DNA of 64,000 nt from Oscillospiraceae bacterium (GTDB taxonomy: Bacteria; Bacillota; Clostridia; Oscillospirales; Acutalibacteraceae), in NCBI GenBank assembly GCA_015066595.1, contig SVNZ01000003.1, positions 112,836 through 176,835 of the forward strand. Reading direction: 5' to 3'. The position numbers and the translations under genes are program-made. Below, one piece after another: positions 26,815 to 36,361 of this stretch. The notes below the pieces were generated by a model. That model searched no databases. It saw only the letters and a list, made by a program, of their open reading frames with translations, and was not told where the DNA came from. Within the stretch, counting starts at the first letter, position 1. The number at the start of each line of letters is the position of its first letter.

Positions 26815-28023
26815 TTATTTGTCGCCGATAGCTGCGATACCAGGAAGAACCTTGCCTTCAAGATATTCGAGTGATGCACCGCCACCTGTTGAGATGTGGC
26901 TCATCTTGTCAGCAAAGCCGAGGTTGATAACAGCAGCAGCTGAGTCACCGCCACCGATGATTGTTGTAGCGTCAGTTTCAGCGAGCGCTTTTGCAACAGA
27001 GATAGTACCGTTAGCAAAGCAAGCATTCTCAGAAACGCCCATAGGACCGTTCCATACAACAGTCTTAGCGTTCTTTACAGCGTTAGCGTAAATCTCAGCT
27101 GTCTTAGGACCAATATCAAGACCCATGATGTCAGCAGGGATCTCACCTGTAGCGTAAACCTGTGTTTCAACAGGAGCATCGATAGGATCAGGGAAGTCTT
27201 TTGTGCATACAGCGTCAACAGGAAGGAGGAGCTCCTTGCCTAAAGACTTAGCTTTTTCAATCATCTCGAGGCAGTAGTCAAGCTTTGTATCATCAACGAG
27301 TGATGTACCAACTTCCTTGCCAAGAGCTTTTGCGAATGTGTATGACATACCACCACCGATGATAAGTGTGTCACACTTGTCAAGGAGGTTAGAAATAACG
27401 TTAAGTTTATCAGCAACCTTAGCGCCGCCTAAGATAGCAACGAAAGGACGAACAGGAGCCTCAACAGCGTTGCCGAGATAGTCAATTTCCTTCTGCATGA
27501 GGTAACCAACAGCAGTTTCTTTAATATGTTCTGTAACACCTACAGTTGAACAGTGAGCTCTGTGTGATGAACCGAAAGCATCCATTACGAAAACATCAGC
27601 AAGAGAAGCGAGTTCGCTCTTGAATGGCTCGAGGTTCTTTGTTTCTTCTTTTCTGAAACGTGTGTTCTGAAGAAGTACTACGTCGCCGTCTTTCATAGCT
27701 GCAACTGCCTTTTTAGCGTTCTCGCCAACAACTTCGTCATCATCAGCAAAAACAACCTCTTTGCCTAAGAGCTCTGAGAGTCTTACAGCAACAGGAGCTA
27801 AAGAGAACTTCTCTTCAGGACCGTTCTTTGGTTTGCCGAGATGTGAGCAAAGAATAAGCTTGCCACCATCTGCTAAGATCTTTTTGATTGTGTCTAAAGC
27901 AGCAGTGATTCTGTTATCGTTTGTGATAACGCCATCTTTGAGTGGTACGTTGAAGTCACAACGACACAGAACTTTTTTGCCAGCGAAGTTGATGTCATCA
28001 ACTGTGTACTTGTTGAGTTTCAT
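26815..28023 (-). CDS. pgk: Phosphoglycerate kinase
   Basis: [38 protein letters not shown]. Confidence 0.99.
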   Translation of the reverse strand: MKLNKYTVDDINFAGKKVLCRCDFNVPLKDGVITNDNRITAALDTIKKILADGGKLILCSHLGKPKNGPEEKFSLAPVAVRLSELLGKEVVFADDDEVVGENAKKAVAAMKDGDVVLLQNTRFRKEETKNLEPFKSELASLADVFVMDAFGSSHRAHCSTVGVTEHIKETAVGYLMQKEIDYLGNAVEAPVRPFVAILGGAKVADKLNVISNLLDKCDTLIIGGGMSYTFAKALGKEVGTSLVDDTKLDYCLEMIEKAKSLGKELLLPVDAVCTKDFPDPIDAPVETQVYATGEIPADIMGLDIGPKTAEIYANAVKNAKTVVWNGPMGVSENACFANGTISVAKALAETDATTIIGGGDSAAAVINLGFADKMSHISTGGGASLEYLEGKVLPGIAAIGDK

Positions 28024-28206
28024 AATAAAATCATCCTTTCAGAAATATTGAAATTTTGTGTAAAATAATGCCAAATTTCTACATGTTAATTATATAACAA
28101 TATTATGGTCATTTTCAATAGTCAAAAACACTAATATTTTGCCCATAATTTCATACAATTATATAACTTAAATGCGAATAATCGGCAAGGTTTTTTTCAA
28201 TGTATT

Positions 28207-28704
28207 TCACCAGGTGTGGTTGTGCAGCTGACCGCACTCTAAAAGCGATGGATAATCCCACTGTCTGAGCACCTCGTATGTAGCAATAGCAACAGCGTTT
28301 GAGAGGTTTAATGAACGTGCTTCTTCTATCATCGGGATACGCACACAGAGGTCGCGATTTTGAAGTAGTAGTTCTTCGTCAAGACCCTTGGTTTCTTTTC
28401 CGAAAACAAGGTATGCTTTGTCAGGATATTCTACATCAGAATGACGGTGCAGTGCTTTTGTTGTGAAAAAGAAGTAGTGCGCACCTTTTGTTTTTTCAAA
28501 AAATTCAGCCTGACTTTCGTAGTAGGTGATATCGAGATACTGCCAGTAGTCGAGTCCTGCACGCTTTAAATGTTTGTCGTTTATTTCAAAACCGAACGGT
28601 TTTACTAAATGAAGTCTGGCTCCTGTAGCTGCACAGGTGCGTGATATGTTGCCTGTGTTCTGCGGAATTTCCGGCTCAATGAGTACTATGTTTAGTTCTG
28701 CCAA
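28207..28704 (-). CDS. trmL: tRNA (cytidine(34)-2'-O)-methyltransferase, TrmL family
   Basis: PEIPQNTGNI.RTCA, KRAGLDYW, FGKETKGL, RSLNLSNA. Confidence 0.95.
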   Translation of the reverse strand: MAELNIVLIEPEIPQNTGNISRTCAATGARLHLVKPFGFEINDKHLKRAGLDYWQYLDITYYESQAEFFEKTKGAHYFFFTTKALHRHSDVEYPDKAYLVFGKETKGLDEELLLQNRDLCVRIPMIEEARSLNLSNAVAIATYEVLRQWDYPSLLECGQLHNHTW

Positions 28705-28778
28705 AAGTTATCACCTCTATATTATTTTAAAATGGAGATAGTATTATTGCAAGTATTTTTTGAAACGGAGGGAAATCA

Positions 28779-28964
28779 GTGGCAAACGGTAGATTTATGA
28801 GTGTTGTAAAAGGCGTTGCCTTTGGTATGGCGACTGGCATAGCAGCAGGATATGTAGGCAAAAAAATGATGGACGAAGGCAAGCATGCTATGCGAAAAAA
28901 AGCGAACAGGGCTATCGACACTATGGAGAACATAGCTTCCACCGCAAAATATATTTTCAGATAA
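28779..28964 (+). CDS. Small protein with a glycine-rich TM helix (YtxH-like)
   Basis: SD GGAGGG; GVAFGMATGIAAG then a basic helix; own terminator at 28968-29002. Confidence 0.65.
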   Translation: MANGRFMSVVKGVAFGMATGIAAGYVGKKMMDEGKHAMRKKANRAIDTMENIASTAKYIFR

Positions 28965-29084
28965 AAAAGCACCGCAGTACATTTTTGTGCTGCGGTGTTC
29001 TTACTTTTTGAAAGCTTTGACATATCAAAGTGTATATGGTAAAATATAGTTGTCTACAAAAGGTAGACAAAAGGAGTGAGTTGT

Positions 29085-30155
29085 ATGAAAAAAACATTAT
29101 GTTTATTGCTTAGTCTTGTTATGATTTTTGGCGTGTCTGTGTCGGTGAGTGCGGTTGATATTATCGTAAACCCCGGATATCACGCTACATACGATGAGGC
29201 ATCCTTGAATCAAGCGATACCTGCTAATCCGACTGCAAAGGGAAGATGCGGAAAAGACGTTTACTGGGGCTATTATGAAGATACAAAAACTCTTATCATA
29301 GCGGGTGAGGGAGAGATTGACCTGGGCGCATGGATCAGACAGCCTGAATACTCAGCATATCCGTTTGAAAAAGCTGTTGTCGGTGAGGGCGTCACAGGGT
29401 TCAAAGAAAACGCTTTCACACGATGTCATTACGTAAAAGAAATCACACTGCCTGACTCTCTTGAAATAATAGGCAATTATACCTTTTTTGAGTGCAAAAG
29501 TCTTGAAAGCATCATAATACCTGCGAACGTAAACAGCATTGGTATAGGTGTTTTTGCACACTGCAACAGCCTGGAGAAAGTTAAAGTGGACAAAAGCAAT
29601 CCCGTTTTTGACAGCAGATATAGTTGTAATGGTATTGTACGTACTGATATAAACACGCTGATCTGTGGATGTAAAAACACAAAGATCCCCTATTCCGTAA
29701 CAAGCATCGGAGCGATGGCTTTTGGGTATTGCGACGAACTTACAGCTATAAGACTACATGCAAGTGTAGAAAGTGTTAATAATATGGCATTTGAGAGCTG
29801 TGCTAAGCTTAGCAAAATAAATGTATATAATCCAAATGTCCGCATAAATGACGTTATGGGCTCTGCTATTCCGAGCACTGCAACAATCTACGGATACAAA
29901 GGCTCGACCATACAGACATACGCAAATAATAACAAAAAGATTTTTAAGAGCTTGAGCGGTCAATATATTCCTATGGGTGATGTTGATAACGACTCAAGGA
30001 TGTCTGTGCTTGATGCGACAAGTATTCAAATGTACATAGCAGAGTTGAAAACTTTAACTACAAGCGAGACACGATGTGCCGATATGGATGGTGACTGGTC
30101 AGTTACGGTTATAGATGCAACAGCTATACAAAGAATATTAGCAGAACTTGAGTGA
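29085..30155 (+). CDS. Secreted BspA-type leucine-rich-repeat protein with a C-terminal dockerin
   Basis: LPDSLEIIGNYTFFECKSLESIIIPANVNSIG repeats; GDVDNDSRMSVLDATSIQ...DMDGDWSVTVIDATAIQ duplicated Ca loops. Confidence 0.85.
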   Translation: MKKTLCLLLSLVMIFGVSVSVSAVDIIVNPGYHATYDEASLNQAIPANPTAKGRCGKDVYWGYYEDTKTLIIAGEGEIDLGAWIRQPEYSAYPFEKAVVGEGVTGFKENAFTRCHYVKEITLPDSLEIIGNYTFFECKSLESIIIPANVNSIGIGVFAHCNSLEKVKVDKSNPVFDSRYSCNGIVRTDINTLICGCKNTKIPYSVTSIGAMAFGYCDELTAIRLHASVESVNNMAFESCAKLSKINVYNPNVRINDVMGSAIPSTATIYGYKGSTIQTYANNNKKIFKSLSGQYIPMGDVDNDSRMSVLDATSIQMYIAELKTLTTSETRCADMDGDWSVTVIDATAIQRILAELE

Positions 30156-30168
30156 TATATAAAAATAA

Positions 30169-30199
30169 AAGCACTGCGTTTTACGCAGTGCTTATTTTT
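30169..30199. terminator. Bidirectional terminator
   Basis: AAGCACTGCGT / ACGCAGTGCTT with A and T runs. Confidence 0.85.
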
Positions 30200-30662
30200 A
30201 TGCAAAGTAGTCGTAGCTGAGTTTTTCTACTGTCCAATCTTTGATGTCATTGTAGTATTTAAAAAGAGCCTTGTGAGCTTTCTCTACATTGTGAGCCAGG
30301 AAGTTTCCGCACTCGATTTTTGAGTTACCCGGAATATCGCCCTCGTGGTCACGACATTTTTTGACAATATCTTTGATAAGTGAAAGTGCCGTTTCGTGTG
30401 AAAGCTCTCGTGTCAAAAAGTAAAACCCTGTCATACATCCCATCGGACCAAAGTAGATAACGTTTTCAGAATACTCACTGTTTCTGGCATAGGTCGCAAA
30501 AAGATGTTCGATGGTATGCATAGCTAAGGGGTCTAAAAACGGTGGAGTATTAGGTTTTATAAATCGTAGATCATAGGTGACAATATCTGAGTCTATTCTT
30601 GAGATGTACACACCGACATTGAGTTTGTTGTGATCGACTGTAAAGCTTGCGATTTTTTTCAT
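30198..30662 (-). CDS. luxS: S-ribosylhomocysteine lyase
   Basis: SFTVDH, HTIEHL, GPMGCMTGFY, ECGN. Confidence 0.95.
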   Translation of the reverse strand: MKKIASFTVDHNKLNVGVYISRIDSDIVTYDLRFIKPNTPPFLDPLAMHTIEHLFATYARNSEYSENVIYFGPMGCMTGFYFLTRELSHETALSLIKDIVKKCRDHEGDIPGNSKIECGNFLAHNVEKAHKALFKYYNDIKDWTVEKLSYDYFA

Positions 30663-30671
30663 AGTTACCTC

Positions 30672-31634
30672 TTAGTAGTTTTTCATACATATGTTCATAT
30701 CGACAGGTCCACTGATACCGTCTACTTCACCTTCGATGTTATACTGCCACATTGTGAAGTTGTAGTACATAGAAGGATGATTTTCATAGTCAGCTATCCA
30801 GAATTCATAGTCTTTAAGACGCTCAAGGTCGTATTTGTAGTACATCAGGTTTGTGTTTGAATAGATAATTGACTTAAAACCGTTTTCTTCTATAGTGTCA
30901 CAAAAAGCGATAGCCGCATCAGTAAGGCTCTCGCCTGTTACACCATCAGTACGTGCAGTATCGCCTTCGATGATTTCCCAGTCAAATGCTATAGGATAGT
31001 CAAATTTCATACCACGTATCTGGTTGAGTGCATATTCTGCCTCTTCAAGACCTTCTTCTTCGTTTGTAGCCTGAGAGAAGAAGTAACCACCGACTTTCAG
31101 TCCTGCATCACGAGCTCCTTTGTAGTAGTTGTGCAAGTTTGTGTCAACATACATACCGCCCTCTTGTGAGTAGTATCTTCCACCGATTCGAAGTATAACA
31201 AAAGTAAAGCCTTGTTCTTTGACTTTTTCAAAGTCAACTTCACCTTGAAATTCGGACAGGTCAACACCCATACAAGAGGCAACCTCATCGTCGATGTAGT
31301 ATGTCATCATACCGTTTTCGTCTATAAAAAAGCTGTCGTTATCGTATGTGTTCTTTGCAAACCCCTCGACAGCCTCGATTTCTATAGTACCCATAGCCGG
31401 ATCGTTAATAGAGATTATTTCTCCTTTTTTTATGTACTTTGTTTTTTGCTCGACAAATTCAGTTGGCTCATCGTTAGAATTTTTTACGCTGTTGTTGTTG
31501 ATACTAGTGAAAACAACGATGAGTACACAAGCAACAACAAGCATACCGGACAATAAATAAAGTATTGAGGTGAAGTTAAAGCCTGACTTTGAATCGCTTT
31601 GAGCATGTCTTCTGCCATTTCCAAATAAAGCCAT
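30672..31634 (-). CDS. Membrane-anchored GH25 muramidase
   Basis: N-terminal TM; GVDLSEFQG, GGYFFSQA, PIAFDWE, WQY...G.VDMN. Confidence 0.9.
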   Translation of the reverse strand: MALFGNGRRHAQSDSKSGFNFTSILYLLSGMLVVACVLIVVFTSINNNSVKNSNDEPTEFVEQKTKYIKKGEIISINDPAMGTIEIEAVEGFAKNTYDNDSFFIDENGMMTYYIDDEVASCMGVDLSEFQGEVDFEKVKEQGFTFVILRIGGRYYSQEGGMYVDTNLHNYYKGARDAGLKVGGYFFSQATNEEEGLEEAEYALNQIRGMKFDYPIAFDWEIIEGDTARTDGVTGESLTDAAIAFCDTIEENGFKSIIYSNTNLMYYKYDLERLKDYEFWIADYENHPSMYYNFTMWQYNIEGEVDGISGPVDMNICMKNY

Positions 31635-31779
31635 AAAGTTCTCCTTTTCAGCATTTTATGCTACGAGGATACCACAAAAAAGATAGAATGTAAACAAATT
31701 TAACAGTAAGTTTACTTTTACCTTGAAAAAGTTTTCACTTACTTGTATAATGTAAAAAAATGCTGAAAGGGGATACGCT

Positions 31780-32022
31780 GTGCAGGTTTTAGGGTACAAA
31801 AAGAAAACTAAAGCTGAGCTTCTAAAAGCAGTGGATGAGTGTATCTCTATCAGCCAGCTGTGTGCTCTTATTCAGCACGAAGGTATCGTGATACAAATGC
31901 AGTGTTTTTCGCTTGCTTCAAATATTCCGAGCAAAAAACTGCCTGCAGGACAGGGCGCAGTTAAGTCTCCGCTTGACAATTTAAAAGAGCGGGTCAGACA
32001 CGCAATAGAGAGCAGCAAATAA
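31780..32022 (+). CDS. Small hypothetical protein
   Basis: SD AAGGGG; upstream TTGAAA-17-TATAAT; terminator at 32036-32060. Confidence 0.65.
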   Translation: MQVLGYKKKTKAELLKAVDECISISQLCALIQHEGIVIQMQCFSLASNIPSKKLPAGQGAVKSPLDNLKERVRHAIESSK

Positions 32023-32158
32023 TATTTTGTTTTTTAAAGTACAGGAGACTGTACTTTTTTATTTTTTTGTGAAAATTCACTAGTTTTTTCTTGATATATG
32101 CGTGTTCTGGTGTTACAATTATAATGTAAATCTATATTGACAGCTCAAGGAGGTTAAT

Positions 32159-35100
32159 ATGAAAAAGTTTTTATCTATCATTTTAGCTTTAGTGATACTT
32201 GTCAGCATGATGCCATACACGGTATTTGCTGAAGAAGTCAGCACCTTAAGCTATGAGTTCACAGGTACTAATGCCGATGACCCTGGTTATGCTGAGGGCA
32301 CTATCACCTTTAATGCGGCATCTAGTGCTACATACTACTTGTATTGGGGCGACGAAACAGGTGCGCTTCCACAGTATTTTGAAATTACTTCATTTACTGC
32401 TCAAAAAGGTAGTACTTATACATACAAATTTCCTGCACAGACAGCTATTCCTGCTGATGCAGAATGTGTTTTTGTTTCAAAAGCAAAAGACTGCGAAAGT
32501 GCTTCACGAAGCGAAAATATAGCAGAAGTTGAAATTCCTGATTCAAAGAAGCTTTTCGATTCATCTTCTGAGCGTCAGTACAGATACGCTGCTTTTTCTG
32601 ATATCCATATCGATATGCAACATGGAACTACAGCAGGCTTTTACACTAACTCTACAGCTCATTGGGCACAGGCTCTTGATGTATGCGTAGATAGAGAAGT
32701 TGACTTTATCATTTCTTCAGGCGACCAGGTTACTAATGCTTACGGTGCTACTTTAGAGTGGCTGACATATCAACAGATACTCGCTGATTCTGACTATGTG
32801 AATCCGATTTATGAGTCAGACGGAAACCACGAGCCACGTGGTAGCTATAACAGCAACTGTGACTCTGCGTGCAGCAATGAAGAGTATTCAATAGCTACAG
32901 GCCTTGATGTGGATGCACAGTCTATCGTAGATGGCAAGGACTATTACGAAGTTACAGAGCCTAACACAGGCGATCACTTCATCTTTATGAGTGAAGTGCA
33001 CGCTCATCCTGGTGAGAACGATAACTTCTCAAAGGAACAGCTTGACTGGCTTGAGGGCTTGCTCGCTAAATACAAAGACGACGGTAATAAGATATTCCTT
33101 ATTGAGCATGCTTTGATACAGGGTTATGGTGCAGGCGATGATACTTACGATCCTGGTTATCAGGGTGGTATCAGGATGGAACACGCTGAAACAGGCGAAC
33201 AGTTCCCAAACAACCAGAGATTCAAGAAAATCCTCGAAGAAAACAAAGAGATTATCTGGTATTCAGGCCACACACATATAGACTTTACAGAAGAGCAGAA
33301 CTATTCTAGCGAGAACGGTGCATCTTGTCATATGGTACATATTCCATCAGCTTGCAACACTACCCGCTATGAAAAGGATGCAAACGGATACAAGATTTTA
33401 GGTTCAAGCACAGACTATACATTCTTTGATGACACAACACAGGGTTATTTCGTAGATGTTTTTGACACAGCAACTGTTCTTTACGGAACAAATCTACACT
33501 ACAACAAGGTTTACCCAAGATATACATATATCATTGAAGAAGGTGAGCCGGAAACAAGACCTACAGAAGAAACACAGCCTCGACCAACAGTTCCACAGCC
33601 AACACAGCCTGATATTGAAAATGGCAAGACAGTTTACTGTATAAATTCTGCTAACTGGGCAACAATTTCTGCTTATGCTTGGATAGAGGGCGGAGCAGCT
33701 ATGACATGGCCGGGCAATCTTATGACAAAGACAGGCGAAACTGTCAATGGTTTTGATGTTTATATGGCGGTTGTAGAACCTGAATATTCAAGCATTATTT
33801 TCAACAATAATGACAACGGTTCACAGACTGCGGACCTTACTATTCAGGAAAATCAGTATTATGACGTAAAATCAGGAGCTTGGTACACTTCACTCTCAGA
33901 TGTTCCTGAGGTTAATGTGCTTGCTACAGATCGCTACATTGTTGGTGAATTCAATGGTTGGAGCACAGTTGCTAACGAGTTTAAGCTCAACGCTGAGGGT
34001 GACTCAACAGCTTATGTAACAATGAGTCTTGAAGCTAATAAGACATACCAGTTCAAGGTTGTAAGAGAGGGTACATGGACCAGTTGTGCGACCCCTATCA
34101 CAGACACAGTTTCAGGACTCACATTCTCAAAATCAGTGAGTGGCAACGCTACAATTACTACTAAGGCAGCTGGTGACTATGTGTTCTCGTTTGGTATCAG
34201 TAGCTCACAGCTTGGTGTAACATATCCAGAACCTAAACCGACAGAGGCAACCGAACCAACAGAACCTACTGAACCAACACAGCCAACGGAACCAACAGAA
34301 CCTACTGAGCCAACACAGCCGACAGTACCAACTGAAGATAAAACAGAACCGACTGAGGCACCTGTTCTCTATGGTGATGTAGATTTGAACGGAAAAATAG
34401 AGATTACCGATGCTACTCATATCCAACGTCATCTTGTCGAACTTGAAGTTCTGACAGAAGAACAACTCGTACGTGCAAGGGTATCAGGCCAAGCTGCTTT
34501 GAGTATTACGGATGCAACATTGATTCAGCGAAAGCTCGCAAGCATTATTGACAAGTTCCCGGTAGAAAACCTCAAAACTGTTGCAGTTACATCAGCTGAT
34601 ACACTGACTTCTGAAGAGCTCTTCAAAAAGGCTACAGACTACCTTTCTTATTACTTTCAGTATGCTTCATACAATGACTATCAGGCATTGAAGAAGACAG
34701 TCTACAAGTATAAGGATGCTGATACAACAGCATTGTCAGAAGATGCACAGGCTGAAATCACAGCTGCAATAGAAGCATTTGATGCATTAAGAGATAAAGT
34801 TCATCAGCAGACAGTTTACTACACTGACGGCAAAGGCTTTGGTGATATCAGAGCATACTACTTCAACAGTACTTCCAACGCACAGGTAGAAGACTGGCCG
34901 GGACAGATCGGATCTTATATTCACACTAACTCTTATGGTCAGAACATCTATGCAGTTACTTTGAACTTCTCTAAGTTTGACACTATCGTTTTCAACGGCA
35001 GTGGAAGTAACAAGACTGTTGATATTGCGCTTGACGGTAAATCAGGCACACTCTACTACCCAACAGACCAAGACACAACAGGCGCATGGGGTGTAGCAAG

Positions 35101-35464
35101 CAACACATTCAAACAGATGTGGTACAGTGAAGAAAAAGAGGATGAAATGGAAGACGATGTGCTCGAAGATATCACTATTTACTTCACTGATACCTTAGGC
35201 TGGTCAGATGTCAACTGCTATTATTGGTTAGGCTCACGAAATAATACATGGCCTGGTGAGCAGATGACTTTTGTAAGAAACAATTCACAAGGTCAGCCTA
35301 TTTATAAGCTGACAGTTCCTGCAGGCTCGTCTGTAGTATTCAACAACGGTTCCGGCACACAGAGTGTTGACGTAACCGGTCTTACTGATGGTTATGGCTA
35401 CTATCTGACAACATTGTCAAGTGGCAAGTACCTATATGAGTCATACAAATACGGAACAGCATAA
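32159..35464 (+). CDS. Secreted multimodular metallophosphoesterase with three CBM26-like starch-binding modules and an internal dockerin
   Basis: DIH/GD/GNHE/H/GHTH motifs; three Y.W...WPG...FN modules; PT linker; YGDVDLNG..ITDATHIQ dockerin; promoter TTGATA-17-TACAAT. Confidence 0.85.
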   Translation: MKKFLSIILALVILVSMMPYTVFAEEVSTLSYEFTGTNADDPGYAEGTITFNAASSATYYLYWGDETGALPQYFEITSFTAQKGSTYTYKFPAQTAIPADAECVFVSKAKDCESASRSENIAEVEIPDSKKLFDSSSERQYRYAAFSDIHIDMQHGTTAGFYTNSTAHWAQALDVCVDREVDFIISSGDQVTNAYGATLEWLTYQQILADSDYVNPIYESDGNHEPRGSYNSNCDSACSNEEYSIATGLDVDAQSIVDGKDYYEVTEPNTGDHFIFMSEVHAHPGENDNFSKEQLDWLEGLLAKYKDDGNKIFLIEHALIQGYGAGDDTYDPGYQGGIRMEHAETGEQFPNNQRFKKILEENKEIIWYSGHTHIDFTEEQNYSSENGASCHMVHIPSACNTTRYEKDANGYKILGSSTDYTFFDDTTQGYFVDVFDTATVLYGTNLHYNKVYPRYTYIIEEGEPETRPTEETQPRPTVPQPTQPDIENGKTVYCINSANWATISAYAWIEGGAAMTWPGNLMTKTGETVNGFDVYMAVVEPEYSSIIFNNNDNGSQTADLTIQENQYYDVKSGAWYTSLSDVPEVNVLATDRYIVGEFNGWSTVANEFKLNAEGDSTAYVTMSLEANKTYQFKVVREGTWTSCATPITDTVSGLTFSKSVSGNATITTKAAGDYVFSFGISSSQLGVTYPEPKPTEATEPTEPTEPTQPTEPTEPTEPTQPTVPTEDKTEPTEAPVLYGDVDLNGKIEITDATHIQRHLVELEVLTEEQLVRARVSGQAALSITDATLIQRKLASIIDKFPVENLKTVAVTSADTLTSEELFKKATDYLSYYFQYASYNDYQALKKTVYKYKDADTTALSEDAQAEITAAIEAFDALRDKVHQQTVYYTDGKGFGDIRAYYFNSTSNAQVEDWPGQIGSYIHTNSYGQNIYAVTLNFSKFDTIVFNGSGSNKTVDIALDGKSGTLYYPTDQDTTGAWGVASNTFKQMWYSEEKEDEMEDDVLEDITIYFTDTLGWSDVNCYYWLGSRNNTWPGEQMTFVRNNSQGQPIYKLTVPAGSSVVFNNGSGTQSVDVTGLTDGYGYYLTTLSSGKYLYESYKYGTA
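34253..34324 (+). repeat. Two tandem 36-bp units encoding the Pro/Thr/Glu linker
   Basis: GAACCAACAGAACCTACTGA(A/G)CCAACACAGCC(A/G)AC(G/A) x2. Confidence 0.9.
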
Positions 35465-35481
35465 TAACATTTGCATAAGGC

Positions 35482-35509
35482 AAAAGGCACCCATTTTAGG
35501 GTGCCTTTT
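35482..35509. terminator. Bidirectional terminator
   Basis: AAAAGGCACCC / GGGTGCCTTTT. Confidence 0.85.
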
Positions 35510-35510
35510 C

Positions 35511-36293
35511 TCATGTATTGTTCTTTTTATCTTTCAGTATCATCTTGCCTTCATGGTCGGTGTAATACTCGCCTTTTGGGATAATCTCACTGATAGGTAT
35601 TATCTCATAACCCTGCGCCTTTATTGCTTCTATGATGAGTGGCAAAGCTTCTGGTGTGTTTTTTGCTCCGTTGTGAAGCAAAATAATTGAACCCGGGCAG
35701 AGGTTTTGTTCTATCCTTTGCACCATATCATCAGGTGTCGGGTCTTTCCAGTCAAGGCTATCAATGTTCCATTGTACACAGTGCATACCGCAGTCGTTTG
35801 ATGATGTTACAACCGAGTTGTCATATTCACCGTATGGTGGTCTGAAAAGCGTGACTTTTTTTCCTGTTATCTTTGTGATTTTTTCGTTGCAGTTTTTGAG
35901 CTCGTTTGCTTGTTCATCAAGCGATATTTGTGTCATATGAGCGTGGGTGTCTGAGTGGTTGCCTACATCATGCCCTCTTTTGTCAATCTCTTTGACTGAT
36001 TCAGGGAATTTGTCAACCCATTCGCCAACTAAAAAAAAGGTGGTTTTTACTTTGTGCTCATCGAGTATTTGGAGCAGAGTGTCAGTCTGTTCGTTGCCCC
36101 ACGCAGCGTCAAAAGATATTGAACATACTTTTTCATCGGTATCGACGTAGTATATCGGTATGATACGCTCAGCAGATGAAGTTTCAGCCACTTGTGAAGC
36201 GGTTGAGGTAACAACCGTAAGAGCAATAGCCCCTATCAAAAAACACAAAAATATGCTGACAAGCCCTTTTTTTGTAATAGTAAAAACTTTCAT
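35511..36293 (-). CDS. Polysaccharide deacetylase, CE4 (PdaB/sporulation-like)
   Basis: ISFDAAWG, GNHSDTH, FRPPYG, SLDW, ILLHNG; start refined to ATG 36293. Confidence 0.9.
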   Translation of the reverse strand: MKVFTITKKGLVSIFLCFLIGAIALTVVTSTASQVAETSSAERIIPIYYVDTDEKVCSISFDAAWGNEQTDTLLQILDEHKVKTTFFLVGEWVDKFPESVKEIDKRGHDVGNHSDTHAHMTQISLDEQANELKNCNEKITKITGKKVTLFRPPYGEYDNSVVTSSNDCGMHCVQWNIDSLDWKDPTPDDMVQRIEQNLCPGSIILLHNGAKNTPEALPLIIEAIKAQGYEIIPISEIIPKGEYYTDHEGKMILKDKKNNT

Positions 36294-36361
36294 AAAAAAT
36301 CCCCCCGTAAAGCCTATGCTTACAGGGGGATTTTTAGTACTTATTATGGGTGCATTCAGCG

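Noticed and set aside
26450-27091. Long antisense ORFs (e.g. 213 aa here, 228 aa at 56354-57040)
   Set aside because: Opposite conserved housekeeping genes (tpiA/pgk, rqcH); explained by codon bias, with no SD or motif.
34230-34365. CRISPR-like or VNTR array
   Set aside because: In-frame tandem repeats encoding a Pro/Thr/Glu linker; no unique spacers and no cas genes.
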